Positions 34,315 to 44,667 of a stretch of 52,313 nt of DNA are shown one piece after another. Numbering within the stretch: the stretch's first letter is position 1; each line of letters begins with the position of its first letter. The notes beneath the pieces are model-generated. The model searched no databases, was not told the DNA's origin, and worked only from the letters and a program-made list of their open reading frames with translations. The position numbers and the translations under genes are program-made. Source of the stretch: Carpediemonas membranifera BICM (Eukaryota; Protista; Fornicata); the NCBI GenBank assembly GCA_019828565.1, contig JAHDYR010000005.1:666929-719241 (forward strand), given 5' to 3'.

Positions 34315-36865
34315 ATGCACATTGTCATACAGACCTTCATTGGCACTGTCTACGACAATACTGGCCCTCCAAGGACTGCAGAGCGTATGAACTACATTCT
34401 CGCTCATACATACCTCTCCCTTGTTGGTATTGGCGGAAATACACAGGATCGAGGCCGCCAGCGCCGAGAATTCCGTGAACTCATCTTGGAAATGGCTAAC
34501 CAGGGCCTATTTGCGGACATGGAGGTCGATCCGAGATTTTTCGCCGACCCGCACGACTCTCGACCCTTCTTGCGTGCAGTACGTTCCCATAGAGGAGTCG
34601 CCCCGACCTTCGATGTCTTCGTACGTGACCACGCGCGTATTGCTGTCACCCACGAACGCTTGCGGAGACAGCACGAGGTCTCAACTGAGGAAACTGACAA
34701 CTACAAGCAGATTTTTGGAGCTTGTTTCTATCCTGATGTACATCAAGTCGGGTTGTAACGCAACCCATGAGCTCTTTAAGCTCATCCGTAGTCTTTCTGC
34801 GCGACTTCATATGCCAATCATCTCCAGCAAGGCTGCTGATATCTTCGTGAAGCAGTTGCAGGTCAATATCACCAAGATCAACGGCCTGGTTGCAGCGCTG
34901 ACTAGACCAGAGGTTGCTTTCTTGGGTCATCTCGTCCCTGTGGAGTCTGTCACAGTCAACACGACCTGGCGGTGGGGCAGAAATGGCACAAAGTCGAGAC
35001 TCGAGTGCACCAATCGCCTAACGGTGGACGAGGGTGTCGATATCCAGCCCCTGACGGACGCGGAGAACGTCATTGACTTCAAGTGGGAGAAGCCAATGCT
35101 TGATCTTCACTACGAGACGAGCGATGAGGCCACAAGTCATCGCCCTGAGCTCAAGCAGACCCAGGGAGTCACCCTCGGCAAGCGGCTCAACAGCTCCACA
35201 TGGGACAAGGTTGATCGAGTCTGGTTTGATGCCGTTCGTTACCTCAAGCAAGCTGTTCGCCACCCGGAATGGCTCGAGTCGGACCAGCCCAACTACGTTC
35301 GATGCAAGAACGCCCTTGGCAACAGGGTTGGAGTCACGTTTAGCCCCATGAAGATCCTACTATGGCTTGACGGGTGGAAAGGGGGTTCTGCTGCCTTCAA
35401 GCTCCGCATCTACGACCCCACAGGCTTCACATTCCCCAACAAGATTACTCCACCTTTCCGTATAGTCGAGTATATGGGTAGCGAGGGTGATTTGTTGATG
35501 GAAGAGTCTCTTTCTCGCGTCGAGAAGGAGATTGAGCGCCTATACACGAGTCAGATACCCATCAGAGACACTGGTGAGGTCACAATCTTCGACCATGTCA
35601 TCGTCATGGGCGATCATGCCGCCCTCCGCCACATGCTGTCCAGAAAGTCGGGCCGGCCCAACTATCCACACCCTTGCAACACGATTTACCACAAAAGTAA
35701 GGCGCTCCACCCGATAGCAGGCCGCCATCGTCTCACCATCAAGGACAACCTGGACGATAAGACAGCATACCAGGCTGAAGTCGACGACCCGAACCGAGTT
35801 CAAGATGTACTTGCAATCTATGGCGATTTCACCAATGAACGCATGGTATTCGAGAATTGTAGTGTCATCCCTCTTGAGAAGATCGTCATATGCCCTCCAT
35901 TCATGCACGACTCGCACCGTTTACTCGAGCAGGTTGCCCATATCTGTGGTTCTTTCAAGAAGCATCCCACCACCCGCGGGTCCCGCGAGGAGATCATCCA
36001 GAATAAGCTCCTCAACCTCAAGCTTGGCCGTATGTCGTCCATGCGAAGCATCGATAGGACCGTAGGTTGTAACGAGCAGTCGTCCGCACGTGTAAGGATG
36101 GCTGCCACGACCCAAGAGGACTACGTTGCTCTCCCTGAGTGCATTCAAGATATCATTCGGCTCATTGGCTACCTCCAGGCCATGTACTACTCGTCCGAAC
36201 CTGTGACTGACGCGGCTGTCGCGTTTCACTTCATGGCTGCCGCAGTGGCCCACCTCATTCACGTCACGATTGCGTTCATTCCTAACAAGGATAAGACTTC
36301 AATATCCCTGCTATCAAGCAGCGAAGCGAAGACGAAGGAGAAACCGTGCGCTGAGAACCTCTACAGCATCAGCAGACTCACGACGCAGCCCCTGTGCCAC
36401 AAGCATCTCAAGGTGCCGCTGTTCTATATCCTAGAGGAGTACTTTGAGCGAGAGTTCATCAAGAACCAGGAGGTAGCAGCCAAGTTGCACAGGAAGGCAG
36501 TCCTTGAGGGCATTTGCTTGATCGAGCAGACAACTCTCGCGTGTTCCTTCCTGACGGGCATGCGTTCTTTTGGTCGGCAGGACTACTCTGTCCCCCAGCT
36601 CCAGCGACTCAAGTGTGTGCGAGTTCACGACTGCTGTAAGGATGCGAAGCATTGGTTTGGTGTCCGCACACTGACCACCGTGACCTTCGAGCCAACTCGT
36701 GAGATGATCCAGACCTTTCAGGAGACTGTTGATGAAGTGTGGGAGTTTGTAGAAGAGCATACGACGCTGACGTGGGGTGAGGAGGGCACGATGTCATGCA
36801 GTCTGGCGGACCATGGCATAGAGTTAGTTTGCTGCCTGTGTGGAGAGTGTAGCAGACAGAATTGA
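34315..36865 (+). CDS. Putative DDE transposase, CMC/Transib/RAG1-like (ORF 34315 probably joined to ORF 34421..36865 by a frameshift at the T-run near 34712)
   Basis: LLWLDGW (D, 35369), VMGDHAALRHML (D, 35612), NYPHPC, PPFMH and VPLFYILEEYFE (E, 36446). Motif order parallels Transib/RAG1/CMC cores. Largest ORF inside the TIRs. Confidence 0.7.
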
Positions 36866-36991
36866 GGCATCCGCGTGATATAAAGTGATGTAAGATGGTT
36901 CCGTGATAAATTCATTCATTTTTCATATGTGCCACTTTTTTTCGTGAATGGCACATTTCACATTTCGCAGGTTTCACAAAAGTTTGTGAAA

Positions 36992-37735
36992 ATGAACCAA
37001 ACGGGGAAAGAATCTTGGACAGAGGATACTCTTGCAGCCCATAAGGCTTATATACAGTACGTAAGACTTTCTGATAAGTCAGACATCATCCCCAGTGTCC
37101 GTACGTTTTTTAAGCAGGACGTTGCCACGAGAGGAGTTGATGACATCGATCATCGCTTCTTCATGTTTGTTCACCCAGTGTTGCCCAGGTATTTACCCAG
37201 ATTGGTTGCGATTCGTGACTGCAAGACTGATTCCATCATTTCGGCCTTGTTGCTCACGAAGGAGTCATACAACACCGAAGCTACTGATGAAACCCCTTCC
37301 GAGCTGCGCCAGGACTTATATGTTGTGGTTATTCGCACGGCATTCTATGCCAGGGGCAATGGTCTCGCCACGATTCTTCTTTCGGTTGCCTCTGCCGGAC
37401 AGAGGATCCGCCTGCAGTGTGTAAGTTCTCTTGTGCCAGCCTACCAGCGTATGGGGATGTCCATCTCCAAGCAAAAGTCCACGATGGAGTACCTGGATGA
37501 TGCGAAACTGGTGACCATGGAGGCAACATACGGCCCGAACAAGTGGACGAAGCTCGGTGAGAGTCTCGTTGCTTGCCATGGATATGCCATGAAGTCCTGG
37601 AGGGCTCCCCCGTCCGTCGACTACGGTACGGCTTTTCACTTCTGTGGACCAGGTCCAGCCTCCCCCAAAGAGAACCCAAGCCACCCAACCCACCCTGCCC
37701 ACCAAGCCCTCGGACAAGCTCAACCGCTACATTAA
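36992..37735 (+). CDS. GNAT-family acetyltransferase
   Basis: Motif A VIRTAFYARGNGLATILL and motif B LVPAYQRMG. C-terminus may continue via a frameshift to 37847. Confidence 0.7.
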   Translation: MNQTGKESWTEDTLAAHKAYIQYVRLSDKSDIIPSVRTFFKQDVATRGVDDIDHRFFMFVHPVLPRYLPRLVAIRDCKTDSIISALLLTKESYNTEATDETPSELRQDLYVVVIRTAFYARGNGLATILLSVASAGQRIRLQCVSSLVPAYQRMGMSISKQKSTMEYLDDAKLVTMEATYGPNKWTKLGESLVACHGYAMKSWRAPPSVDYGTAFHFCGPGPASPKENPSHPTHPAHQALGQAQPLH

Positions 37736-37970
37736 GCGTCTGAGGAAGAGTGTTACCCCGCACCCGACGCGCAAGAAGCAACGTGAGATAATCATCGCCC
37801 TTTACGACAGCAACCGAAGGGATTTGGTCCAAAAAGATCGTGGATAAGAGATCAAAGATGCGTAAGGATTACCAGAAAGAGAACTATTTCGAGGAAGAGT
37901 GGTACCATCTGCTGTCTGAGAAGGAAGATGAGGAAGAGAATGAAGATTAAATGAAGAAGCAGTCGATTTA

Positions 37971-38658
37971 TTACTCATTTGAGTTGACGTTAGCTGCGTG
38001 GAAGAGCAGGAGGCTCGCGTAAACGGGTATACGCAGAACATCACGAGCCTCTGCAGCGGCACGGGCAGCGTTCCTCTTCTCAATCACAGCGGCGAGGTCC
38101 TTGAAGGTCTTCGAGTGCTTCTTGAGGACAAGCTGCGGACGCTCGAAGATGAGCTTAGAGTCCTTGCGGCACACACTCTCCAGAAGGACCTCTCTGACCT
38201 TGTCGACAGAGATACCAAGCCTCTGGGCGACGAAGGCGTAAGCGCGGGGGCGGACCGACTGAGGGATGCCGTGGAACAGCTCGCGGTACTCACGGACAGT
38301 TGCCAAGAGAGGGGCTGCCATGGTCGACCTCATCTCCTTCGGCGTCCAGGCTGATGAGGGCCCTGAAGCGCTTCTCCTTGGCCTCAGAAGACTCGCCCTT
38401 GTACTGCGCCATGATCTGCTCAATGCTATCGAGAGAACGGAACTCCGCTTCATCCCTAAGATCCTCCGGAACGAATGTGGGGAGGTCATTGGGGCGTCTG
38501 TCAACCACCTCATTGCAAATGCGGTTTCCGGTGGCGACATCGGCAGCGGAGATGCTTCCAGCAGCGTGCTCCTTCTCTAAGTAAGTAGAAATCATTTCCA
38601 CAGCGTTTAGACGCTTTCTGCCCTTGCTCTTAGCAGTATTACTCCGTTTCGGAGGCAT
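37971..38658 (-). CDS. Hypothetical protein (two overlapping ORFs, probable frameshift), basic N-terminus
   Basis: MPPKRSNTAKSKGRKR NLS-like start; coding-like composition switches frame near 38310. Confidence 0.45.
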
Positions 38659-39184
38659 AACGTTTCTTCAAGGTGCACTTTATGCTCGCAACGAAATTAG
38701 AAAACCAAACGAAGAAAGGAGAAGAGTATCGATCCTCAAACGCTGGCAAGCATGTGTATATCACGAAAACAACATCATGAGAGCTCTGTGGCCTCGAATG
38801 GCCTGTAATAGAACCTAAACAACATCAACAATTGTAACTCGTCGAGGAAGCGTTGAGATGAACTATAAACGCGGGAATGGATCAAACAATGGATTTAAGA
38901 GTGGCATACAAGGCCAGAATACCGCAATTATCGTCCGTTGATCCACGTGACCTCCATCTTGGTCGGTATCCAGAGAAAGCCCTTCAGACGCTCGCAACAC
39001 AACATTTAGAAGACTTATCGTGAATGGCTCCTTCCATGATGGACCTTCACCTGGACATGCCATCTCTGACATGTCCAATGGTCTCCATTGAGCTCGCATT
39101 CATCCCTCTGAGCATCCGCCCCATGGTCCAATCAGATGCCCAATCAAAATTCTGCACCGAAGTGCCCCGAGGACCTCCTCTGAG

Positions 39185-39315
39185 TTCATAAGGCTCTCAG
39201 AGCCTAATGAATCTCCCGCGCGCCGTTGCCTACTGATACTGGTCATTTTTCCGCATGGTTTATTAGGCTCTCAGAGCCTTATGAATTTTTTCATTAGGTC
39301 CTGAGAGCCTTATAA
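39185..39315. repeat. Three near-palindromic ~26-bp repeats
   Basis: ttcataaggctctcagagcctaatgaa, ttattaggctctcagagccttatgaa, ttcattaggtcctgagagccttataa. Confidence 0.85.
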
Positions 39316-39317
39316 TC

Positions 39318-39753
39318 ATGCAATCGGTTTTCGACTTCTACATGCTCTTGAAGCGTTCGAAAACGTTTGGTAAGCAGTTCTTTATCTTCTATGACAGCGC
39401 TGAGATCAGTCAGGCCTCATCAAACGCGCAGGAGATGATCAAGTGCTCACTTCTTCGTAAGTTCCTTCTGCCCGATGACAAGATCCTCACCGCCCTTCTT
39501 CGTGATCGTAAGTACTTTCCCCATACCTTTTTACACAGATATTGGCTGGAAAACGCTTCGCAAGCTCTTCAGGTCGCCTCACCTTATCCTGCACCTAAGA
39601 GAAACTGCCGAGGCTCAGCTTGAGCTGATCACGACATCGGCTGAGCTGAAGAAGGTCATGGGAGATCATGCCTACGACAGCCTTGTCCAGAAGGTCCGCC
39701 GAGAAGTGTCTTCGGATCACGAGCACGACGTTGGAGGTAAGTACTCCAAATAA
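39318..39753 (+). CDS. Hypothetical protein (two overlapping ORFs, probable frameshift)
   Basis: ORFs 39318..39623 and 39475..39753 overlap; no recognisable motif. Confidence 0.4.
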
Positions 39754-39794
39754 CTCCTGCTTATTCAGTCCTTTCGCTGCTCCGTGAGCGCATA

Positions 39795-40691
39795 ATGCGC
39801 AAGGTGAAGCCAGGAAGGTCGGGGGTCGTCCGTTCGTTCAAGAACAACGCCGAGCCTGAGCTGTCGGACCCGGTCGACGTGCAGTTCGACCGGATAAGGC
39901 ACCTGGACGCGCTTCTGATGGACTCTCCCGTCCACAGAAGTACCCTGAGTGGCACATCGCGCCTCCTGCGCCGCCATCTTGCCGTGGAACACAACGGTGC
40001 GATCCGTGATTTGAAGAGGGAGCTTTGGCAAGCCCGGGCCAAGATTGAAAAGCTCGAGACGGAGAAGCTTGTGCCCTTGAAGAAGGAGGCTGAGGTCATA
40101 GACCTGGATCGGGAGGCTTTGGTGGCCGCAGACCCCAAAGATGACGTCCAGACCATCATGGAGAAGACCTCTAAGAAGTTTAAGAACGATACAAGCTCTC
40201 TGAAGCGGTCTGAGGTGCCTGGGGATGGCTCATGCATTCTCAGCGCCATGCATCTCATCAGGACTGGGTCCCAGCCTACTGTTGGTGAGAAGCTTCAGCT
40301 GTACGAGGACATCCGATCCTTCTGTGAGGGCAAGGGGTTCGAGGGCGACCCGTTCTCTGAGATGCCTGGCTCCCCTTTCCCCTGGGCAGACCATGAGGCC
40401 ATCCAGGCCAGTGTAGAGCTGAGTCACACTCCGGTAATCATCACCCAGATCGAAGAGGACCTTACCTGCCTCTGGGTCCACAAAGGTTGGGAAGATTCAG
40501 AGTTCTTGCCCATCCAGGATGCGACGCTGGACAAGATCTTAGGTCTTTGTGAGAGCATGAAGCTCACTCAGTTCATCGTCATCGAGAATCGTCATGCCTG
40601 TGTCTACAGTCTTCCGGACCGCAAGCGCAAGGCAGCTGCCGCAGAGCCCGAGAAGCGTGCTACTCGTCCGGAGGATGTCACCCGCTCATAA
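39795..40691 (+). CDS. OTU-family cysteine protease (deubiquitinase-like)
   Basis: VPGDGSCILSAM (D-G-x-C), WADHEAI and the C-terminal His in ENRHAC. Confidence 0.75.
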   Translation: MRKVKPGRSGVVRSFKNNAEPELSDPVDVQFDRIRHLDALLMDSPVHRSTLSGTSRLLRRHLAVEHNGAIRDLKRELWQARAKIEKLETEKLVPLKKEAEVIDLDREALVAADPKDDVQTIMEKTSKKFKNDTSSLKRSEVPGDGSCILSAMHLIRTGSQPTVGEKLQLYEDIRSFCEGKGFEGDPFSEMPGSPFPWADHEAIQASVELSHTPVIITQIEEDLTCLWVHKGWEDSEFLPIQDATLDKILGLCESMKLTQFIVIENRHACVYSLPDRKRKAAAAEPEKRATRPEDVTRS

Positions 40692-40721
40692 ATGATTGAT
40701 TGAATTGATATCTCTTCAAGT

Positions 40722-41734
40722 TTATTCACTCTTGCCTTGAGTCATGCGCGCAGTTTGGAAGCGCTTACGGGCGGGGTTGGACTTGGTCTTCCGCTGCTTA
40801 CGCTTGCGGGGCTGCGGCTTGACCTGCAGTATTTTGAACTGCTCCACCTTTCGAGCGAGGTAGTGAGGGTCATCTATGGCGAGACTCTTGAAGCGAGCAA
40901 CCGGGTGCTCCTCTTCATCGGCCTCAAAGTAGGTCTCGCCATAATCGATGCGCAAGAACTCGCCGCGAACGATGTTGGCAGTGGCCCTGACCGATATCAC
41001 TGGCAGGCCATCCACCAAGACGTCCACGAACTCACAGTTGACATCGTCAGGGCTGTGGTTAATCAGGTGGACACCCGCTGCGGCCGACATGGCATCGACG
41101 GCGACCTGACTGTCAGCGAATGACATGCTGTGTAATGGTAATGGAATATGCGAAACAAACACCATCTGGCCGTTGTTGCTGGCCGTCTCAGCATCGGGAA
41201 TCAGCTTCCCGAAGTATATGCCGAGACATGTGCCAGCTGAGATATCCTCAGTGGCAATCATGCCTCGGCCGACGCTCTGCGTCCGATTGAGGGCCGGATG
41301 GTCGGGCTCCTGGGTCAGACGGGGGTCGCAACGGGTCTCGGATGAGATCCAGGCCGGAGCAGGAATGGCCTGAAGGCTTATCTCATCCGAAATCAGCCGC
41401 TTGACGTCCTGCAGGTCTGAACCCGGGTAGAACATGCGTCCACCTAGGGTGGACGTGCATGACGGACCCCTCGACGGAGTCCTCCTCGGCTTCAGACGAG
41501 CTGGATGAATGGGAAGGCGACTCGGGAGGCGGAGGAGGAGGAGAATCTTGCTCCTTACCATCCTCGGGCGACTCGGGAGGCGGAGGAGGAGGTGATGCTG
41601 CCGTTACAGTCGTTTCCGCAGGACGTTGATCCTGCGGAGAAGCAGATGACTCAAAAAGTCTTGTTGGGTGGATTTTGAGTCCTTCTCTTACCTACCGGTT
41701 GCTGCTTCCTTGCGGACATCTTTCTTCTCGCCAT
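40722..41734 (-). CDS. SET-domain lysine methyltransferase (5' structure uncertain; probable introns 41160-41128 and 41695-41632)
   Basis: GRGMIATEDI.AG..LGIYFG, INHSPDDVNC and ATANIVRGEFLRIDYG..YF. In-frame 33-nt GTTTGT...TTACACAG intron. Confidence 0.85.
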
Positions 41735-41928
41735 ATCTTCGTTCTCTTTTTTTTCTCGCAACTCCCGATCCGAAGAACAGGCGCATCGCTGATCAGATCC
41801 GAACAATACTGCAGTAGCATGCATAAATAGTGTAGCAATGAAGGTATACCTCTTTACTTGGATCAAAAGCTTGTCCTTTGCTTCAAATCAAAATGTGCCA
41901 TTCATGAAAAAAAAATGGCACATTGCAA

Positions 41929-42783
41929 ATGGACGAGAAATACGGAGAATTCGGCACGCGACGCATCAGTAAGGACCAAGAAGTCTTTGAATGTGTCTGT
42001 GGTAAGGTTCAGCTCAGGCGTGGACATCGCGGGATCGGTTTCAAGTCTTCTTCCTCTCACGAGTGTCCTTTTACAACAGAGAAGTTGATTAACCGACGGG
42101 TGCTAATCACCATCGAGCCGCTGCATGGTTTCGAGACCCCGACTCAGCCCTACCCCGTCTTCCGCGTGGAAAGTCTTGCCAACTCATCTGGCTATCATTT
42201 CAAGCTCAAGACGGCTCTAGAGCTCGTTGATGATGAGTGGCTGACTGCCGTTGCCCGCACCTTTAAGTCTACGTCCCATCTGGCCGAGGTACTTGAGGAG
42301 TTGGCGTCGCAGTACTCTAACTTCGACACTTACTGGGTGATATCGGGTCATTCTGATACAGAAACGTCGCGTATGATCATTGATACGTCTACGAACGAGT
42401 TTCTGTATCACCATGATCTGGTCCAGCTCATCCTCAGGTCATTCGAGAGCCCTTCCTTGGTGAGATCGACGCGTGTGCGTCTGATTTACTTTGCCACCTG
42501 CTCCGGACTCGACAGATCTGAGGAGTCTCAGCTGTGCAGTGCTATTTCGACAGCCAAGTACAAGAACACATGCATTATCCTCACTCCTGAGAAGGTTCTG
42601 GCGCATGAGCTTGTTCTCCAGGACGCCTATTGGCTCTACCGCGTGACATGCCTCGACAATCCTCTTTTTCTTTCTGACGAAGTACTTCTCTGGCTATCGT
42701 TTCGCGCCTGGCTCAGCAGGAAGACGGATTATAGCCAATGGTTCCTTGTCATTTCCCAACGAGGCCAGGGTCATCATGTCTGA
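41929..42783 (+). CDS. CHAT/caspase-hemoglobinase fold protease-like protein
   Basis: WVISGHS and LIYFATCS match the CHAT His/Cys dyad context; small N-terminal CxC...H...HxC zinc-binding-like motif. Confidence 0.55.
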   Translation: MDEKYGEFGTRRISKDQEVFECVCGKVQLRRGHRGIGFKSSSSHECPFTTEKLINRRVLITIEPLHGFETPTQPYPVFRVESLANSSGYHFKLKTALELVDDEWLTAVARTFKSTSHLAEVLEELASQYSNFDTYWVISGHSDTETSRMIIDTSTNEFLYHHDLVQLILRSFESPSLVRSTRVRLIYFATCSGLDRSEESQLCSAISTAKYKNTCIILTPEKVLAHELVLQDAYWLYRVTCLDNPLFLSDEVLLWLSFRAWLSRKTDYSQWFLVISQRGQGHHV

Positions 42784-42977
42784 GACTAGCTATGCCCGGC
42801 CCATTCCTCTTCCTGAAATGCAAGACATCGTTTCTGATGTCAACGAGTATGACCCGTTAAGAACCGACCAGAGAAGACTTATGAATGATCGATACATAAG
42901 CATGATGACCCGTGCGCTTGAGAGAGACGTGTAGTAAACAGATATATATACAATTTATGATCATCTCTCACTAAACA

Positions 42978-44201
42978 CTAAACAATCGGTCTCATGCCCT
43001 CTACTCGCTTATAGACAACCTTACATTTGCTGCAGAGGGGAACGATGTACAACTTGCCATCAATGGTGTACTGCACTTCCTCAGAGCAATGCTCACAGTA
43101 CCACCAGTGACAGCCTCGGCAGCAAAGAAGAGTAGAAGCCTGTTCTTCTGCTTTCTTCGTGTTCTTGGATCTTAGGCCCTTTTTGCACGCCTGGCACTTG
43201 TTGCTAGAGCCGGTAATATAGCACGCGGGACAGTAGTCCTTCTTGCCCTTCGTCCTGACACATTGCTCGTGCAGGAAACCTTTGCAAGCACAGCATCTCC
43301 TGAACGTAGTGCCGTCTGGATTGAAGAACCACTCGGGGGTACCACACACAAGACATCCAAATAGCATTTTGCGCTGATGAAGGCTAAGGAAAGTCGTCTT
43401 ACATGTCTCGGGTTCGGTAGGCGGGTCTCTCACACGGGTCTCTGAGACAACGTCGTTGATCAGGACCTTAATACGGTCAACAACAGCATCGGACACGTTG
43501 TTAGACACCTGCTGCAGATCTTCGTCACCAAGCCTGGGTCGCTTGGCTTCCTCGTCGTCAAAGACGATCTTCTTCCGAACCGGCACCGATCGATCTGTCG
43601 TTGACTGAGGTGTGTCTGCTTCATCACCAACACCAAGTGAAGACAGTTGCGTAGTCGACCGTATCGGTGGGATCTCTGCATTGATCATCGTAGTCGGGGT
43701 CGATTTGACCGTTGCCTTTTGCTTGACAGGCTTATATCTCACCCGGTTGATCACAGGCAAGTTCTCAAGGCTGATTGAGTCGGAAACATCGTTCAGTCCA
43801 GCATCTGAGAGAACTTCTGAGAGCATCTGGCGGAACTCGGCATGGCAGGGCTGACTACGGACAGCAATGTGCTGCATGACAGAGCCATTGTACTCCGCAG
43901 AGGGTCTAACTGCTGTTATAAACGTAGTAACGCCGACAACAGTCGTCCGCCTGACCTGTTCCCGGAGTTCAATTGACTTGAACCCAGGGCATTCGGCGGC
44001 GACCCTGCGCTGGACCTCCAGAAGTACCTTATGGATGTCGCGTGCACTCAAGCCGAGGTCAGTTGCCTCGTCGTCCTCAAATACTGAAGAAACAACGGCT
44101 GTAACAAATGAACGACGGAGATTTGCGAGCTTACTGTTGCCATACTGTCTGATGGGGGGCGTAGCAGCAATAGGTTCTGGTACAGACACTTCTGAATTCA
44201 T
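42978..44201 (-). CDS. Protein with two C-terminal PHD-like zinc fingers
   Basis: CLVC...CCAC...LHEQC...YCPAC (C4HC3), followed by CQAC...CRGC..WYCEHC...LCSKC (all-Cys variant). Confidence 0.75.
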   Translation of the reverse strand: MNSEVSVPEPIAATPPIRQYGNSKLANLRRSFVTAVVSSVFEDDEATDLGLSARDIHKVLLEVQRRVAAECPGFKSIELREQVRRTTVVGVTTFITAVRPSAEYNGSVMQHIAVRSQPCHAEFRQMLSEVLSDAGLNDVSDSISLENLPVINRVRYKPVKQKATVKSTPTTMINAEIPPIRSTTQLSSLGVGDEADTPQSTTDRSVPVRKKIVFDDEEAKRPRLGDEDLQQVSNNVSDAVVDRIKVLINDVVSETRVRDPPTEPETCKTTFLSLHQRKMLFGCLVCGTPEWFFNPDGTTFRRCCACKGFLHEQCVRTKGKKDYCPACYITGSSNKCQACKKGLRSKNTKKAEEQASTLLCCRGCHWWYCEHCSEEVQYTIDGKLYIVPLCSKCKVVYKRVEGMRPIV

Positions 44202-44615
44202 GAGAATTTCTATCCAAGCTGTTTACGTTGTTACATTTGTCTATTTACGTAGACTCCTGGCATTGACAATACCTAAAACTGCGACATTTGTCGATCATGA
44301 TTCGAGCAACTAGCCACCAAAAAGGTAGAAACGGTAACGTCAGGGCTCGTGGAAGTTGCCAAAGTACAAGATTCTTACAAAATAATCCGAAAAACTGCTC
44401 AGGGCTTGCGAAAGGAAGAAGAAATCAACAAAAGGGTGAATGACACAGAGTTTCTGCTGCAAGAGATACGCGATTTGTTTATAGATGCCATACAGACGAT
44501 GAGGGACAAGTAAAAATGACATTCACTAGCTTTGCTTCTCATTTCACATATTCTTGTGAAATATGTGAAATGTGAAACAGATTCTAGTGAATCTCATTTT
44601 TTCTTGCACTTTTTG

Positions 44616-44665
44616 GAGTATCTCCAGGGTATCTCCCGGGAGACTCTAGCCATTCTTACAGTATG
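44616..44665 (-). repeat. Right terminal inverted repeat
   Basis: Reverse complement of 33357-33406 with one mismatch; followed by the AA TSD. Confidence 0.95.
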
Positions 44666-44667
44666 AA

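Larger units (their letters stand above)
33357..44665 (+). mobile_element. 11.3-kb TIR DNA transposon (CMC/Transib-like) with multi-gene cargo
   Basis: 50-bp TIRs (49/50 identical) starting CATACTGT, AA 2-bp TSD confirmed by host-frame restoration, DDE-like transposase ORF, lower GC than the flanks. Confidence 0.92.

Noticed and set aside
39185-39315. CRISPR-like array
   Set aside because: Irregular spacing (48 and 4 nt), only three degenerate units, eukaryotic context and no cas genes.
33357-44665. ProtoRAG-like RAG1/RAG2 pair (transposase convergent with a PHD gene)
   Set aside because: The PHD protein shows no kelch repeats, the TSD is 2 bp rather than 5 bp, and the ends are not CAC heptamers.
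33357-44665. Polinton, virophage or giant-virus endogenous element
   Set aside because: No PolB, packaging ATPase, capsid or rve integrase is recognisable; short TIRs and a 2-bp TSD fit a cut-and-paste transposon.
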